DNA of 64,000 bases from an uncultured delta proteobacterium (GTDB taxonomy: Bacteria > Desulfobacterota > BSN033 > UBA1163). A program made the position numbers and the translations under genes. The stretch is from positions 81,498 through 145,497 of the forward strand of contig CAVPSJ010000019.1 of assembly GCA_963708295.1 (NCBI GenBank). Direction: 5' to 3'. Below, in pieces: positions 60,415 to 64,000 of this stretch. Position 1 is the stretch's first letter; every line of letters begins with the position of its first letter. Under the pieces are notes generated by a model. That model worked only from the letters and a program-made list of their open reading frames with translations, ran no database searches and was not told the DNA's origin.

Positions 60415-63400
60415 ATGCCTGCACCATTCAAAGTTGAATCTAGTGACGTAAAGGATCTGAACGCTCTCCAACTCACAAAACTGCTAAAATTGTTGCTCCA
60501 TCTTGAGGCTAGGAGTTCAGGTATTGCGGAAAGGGCTGTGGACGTTGCTCTAAATATCTCCGTTCGCGATGGTGGCGAAGATGGAAGGATTCGTTGGAGA
60601 GATGGTCCCCCTAATACGGACTATCTGCCAAATAGGTTCGTACAGTTTCAAAATAAAGCCACCAATATGGGGCCTGTGGATTGTGCTAATGAAATTGTGA
60701 ATAATGACGGCTCAATGAAGCATATGGTTGAGGAGGCTCTTGATGATGGTGCCGCGTATATACTCTTTATCAATCAAGAGCTAAATTTCGAGCAAAAAAC
60801 CGAGAGAATTACTAAAATTAGAGAGAAATTGGCTCAGTTGGGGAAGCAATATGCTGAGACAGCAACGATTGATATTTATGACGCCGCAAAAATAGAAGGA
60901 TGGGTGAATAAGTTCGTATCGGCCATCGTCGCAGTGCTGAATTGGGTGGGTCGCCCATTGTCACAAGGACTTAAGACATGGAATGACTGGAGCCAACATA
61001 GTGAACACCAACGTTTTTCATTTGTTGCCGACACTGAAAGACAGGCAGCGTTAGCAAATCTAAAAGACCTACTATCTCAACCTCGGAAATGCGCGCGAAT
61101 TATTGGGCTCTCTGGATTCAGAAAACAAGGCTAGCCCTTGAGCTCTTTCGGGATGCAAAAGAGAACGATGATTTGAGCAATCGAGCCGTCTATGTCGATG
61201 CCAGCGCAAACGCGTCCATCTCAGGCTTAGTTAGTGATTGGGTACAATTGGGAATCGAGGGTATCGTTGTTGTTGATAATTGTGATGTTTCTCTACACGA
61301 CAGAATGAAGCAAGAAATACAACGTGCCGATAGCAAGATGGGTCTGCTTACCCTCGATTACAATTTGGAAAAATCGAGCCAAACGGCTACTGTTCACCTC
61401 AAGCAGTTTGTCAGATGACTACATAAAGCAAATGCTCGAGCCCGTTTATGGCAAGCAAATACCAGACCTTGATCGGATAGTCTCGTTTGCCCAGGGGTTC
61501 CCTCAGATGGCCGTGTTGTTGGCAGATGCCCGGCTTGAGAGGGAACCTGATATGGGAAGACTTACGGACGACGAACTGGCGCGGAAGATGTTATGGGGAG
61601 GCCGAGATCCTGTCGAAAGAGATGAAAGGGTTTTGAAAGGATGTGCACTTTTTGATCGGTTTCGATTGGACGCTGAAGTCTCGGGCGAATATGAGTTCAT
61701 CGCAAAACAAATAGTCGAAGTTAACATCAATGATTTTTATGACTGTGTAAAAAGATTTCGAGACGGCCTAATCAACAACGGGGACAGCTGCAAGATTAGT
61801 CCCAAAACCCCTAGCGATCAGGCTTGCTGCGGAGTGGTGGCGGAGGACTCGACGAGAAAAGCAAATGGAAGTTATAAACGCCGAGATGCCAGGCGGTTTG
61901 GTGGAAAGCTTTTGCGATCAGATTTCTCGCCTTGATTTTCTACCCGAGGTCAAAAAGCTGGTCGAAGACTTGTGTGGTCCTCAAGGCCCTTTTGGGCAAG
62001 CGGAAGTGATCCTATCTGAACGGGGTTCGCGTCTCTTCCGCTCTTTGGTGGAAGTGAACCCCGAAGCCACAAACAGAGCATTATCAAGTGTTATTCACAC
62101 CTTAAATGAAGAAGGGTTACTTGCGGTTCGTGGCGATGTCCGCCGCAATCTCGTGTGGGCTTTGGAAAAGCTATGCTTTCACAAAACGTGCTTTGAGGAG
62201 GCGGCAAATTCGCTTTTGCTTTTGGCATCTGCCGAAAACGAAAACTGGGCTAACAATGCTACAGGGCTATTCAAACAGTTGTTTCGAACTTTTTTATCAG
62301 GTACTGGAGCTCCTCCCAGTTTGCGAATGAAAGTGATTGACTCTGCCTTAGGCAGTAACAGAGAATCTGTCAGAAAACTGGCAGTCGAAGCCTTGGCAGG
62401 TAATAGACACCCATGGCGGCGCCAGGAGCGTGGGATCCAGATATCAGGGAAGTGGTGAGCCTCTTGAAGAATGGCGACCTAAAGTCTGGGGGGAGGTATT
62501 TGAATATTGGGATGACGCGTTAAAACGATTATGTAACCTGGTCGTAGGACGAGACCAACTTGCAGCAGTCTCAAAAAAGTCAATTGCGCCACATATTCGA
62601 GGCCTTATGCAGTATGGACGAGTGGATTCGCTCGATACCACCATTAGAAAGATAGTAGAATCCGATGGTCCACTTTGGCCGGATGCATTAGATAGCATCA
62701 AAGATAGCTTGCGCTACGAAGGGGACAAAATGCCCTCCGAGGGAAAAGGAAAACTGAAAGATTGGATTCGCTTGTTAACCCCTCACGATTTAGCTGACCG
62801 ACTGAAACTGTATGTGATTAAACCACCTTATGAACATGAAAAGGGAAGGGATGGACACTACATAGATTTGGCGGCAGAAAACGCTAAAGCACTGGCGGTT
62901 GAACTTGCATCGGATCTCGATTCTATAATTCCTTATCTAGTTGATTTATTAACCGATGAACAGCGGATGTCTTATTGGTTTGCAAAGAATTTGGTCCAAT
63001 CAGCGGGCAGATGGGAACCCTTGCTATCACAAACTGTTGGAAAAGTAACGCAAATCGAAAAGCCCAATATTAGCTTTTGCTCGGGATTGTTTAACGGAAT
63101 TTGGATCTTGACTCAATCGCAATGGGAAGGAGTTGTAAAAAGATTATCGGAGATGAGAAGCATATTATTCCTTATTATACTAATATCGCAAATTCGGGTA
63201 AAGCAACACCGGAGCGACTGAGTTTGTTGTTAAATTGCTAGAACAAAACATGATTATGCCTATCTCAGCAAGTCCCCTTTCGCCTATGGTAAGTCATGGA
63301 ACATCTTTCTTTCGATATCGTTTGTAATTTCGCGGTGGAACTTTCTTCCATATCGCCTTCTGCGGCGTGGGTAGCCCTTGATATACTATCCATGTATTGT

Positions 63401-64000
63401 TATGGCAATCAAGAAAGGTGGGAACAATGCAGGAAGACCTTCAGGGAAATCGTAGTTGGGATTCCTCTGTGTGGAGGTCCAAAACAAACCCAGCTTGATA
63501 TGTATGATTGGTATGAAGTGTCGAAAAACTTTTGATTTCGGAGGGCAAGGAATTTGCTAAGGAGATTTCTCTGAGAATTGTTGAAGGCTGCGGTGAGAAT
63601 GTGGATTTTAGTGACATATGGGATTACGTGCAGCCATTAGTTGAGTAAGATATTCCAGAGATTTGGACGGGACGTATGGCCTATATTCTCTCAGGCAATA
63701 AAGAATGCTGATTCCACAGAACGGTATATGTTGACCGAGCTCCTTGGTTCTGGAGATGGATTCGACAAAAAGAACCCAAGCGTGCTAGCGGAACTCCCTG
63801 ATGAGTTGTTGAGGGAGTGGTGCTTCCGAGAGCCTGACATTGCTCCCAAATTTGTGGCCGAAGCAACTGATGTATTGTTGGATAGCGAGGAAGGGGTTCA
63901 AATATCACCCAGGGCAATATTTTTGCTCGATAACTTTCGGAGACGACAATAGGGTTTTGTCTTCTCTATCGACGAATCTGGGTTCTTTCGGATGGACCGG
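60415..64000 (+). CDS. Large REase-like nuclease-STAND NTPase-helical sensor protein (Avs-like); frameshifted in this sequence and running off the window
   Basis: N-terminal DGGEDG..FQNK (PD-(D/E)xK, QxK variant); Walker A IIGLSG.KTRL broken at ~61120; Walker B IVVVDNC; GxP motif FAQGFP; long alpha-helical C region; AT-richer than the core genes. Confidence 0.78.

Noticed and set aside
60074-60427. 117-aa minus-strand ORF upstream of the STAND gene
   Set aside because: No SD or motifs; overlaps the STAND start; probably AT-rich non-coding DNA

Overview
Bacterial chromosomal window, most consistent with an anaerobic deltaproteobacterium (Desulfobacterota-like; inferred from gene content). Left to right: the 3' half of a complex I operon (nuoI-N); a peroxiredoxin-like gene; an MFS transporter, a macrodomain protein, an AAA ATPase, a 3-hydroxyacyl-CoA dehydrogenase and a ThDP enzyme; an AT-rich patch of small orphan genes with sigma54 promoters (about 14.4-20.2 kb); an orphan DGQHR protein; a rhodanese-cyclophilin-HNH cluster; a long envelope/LPS operon (accD-folC-lptD-rfbACBD-ugd-lpxH-gmhB-trm112-lpxL); rlmD and hisIG; a cell-wall/glycan hydrolase cluster; alpha-2-macroglobulin-pbpC; and a large nuclease-STAND NTPase (Avs-like) gene running off the right edge. 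The main hidden signals are: (1) two genes split by the ORF caller that read through an in-frame UGA at a redox Cys position and are probably selenoproteins; (2) about a dozen intergenic 7- or 8-nt-period imperfect inverted-repeat arrays at gene junctions inside housekeeping operons; (3) a MITE-like element inserted twice at the same point of a REP-like palindrome; (4) the Avs-like defence gene. Dense frameshifts from about 51.6 kb onward look like consensus errors rather than decay. No rRNA, tRNA, CRISPR array or intact transposase was recognised.
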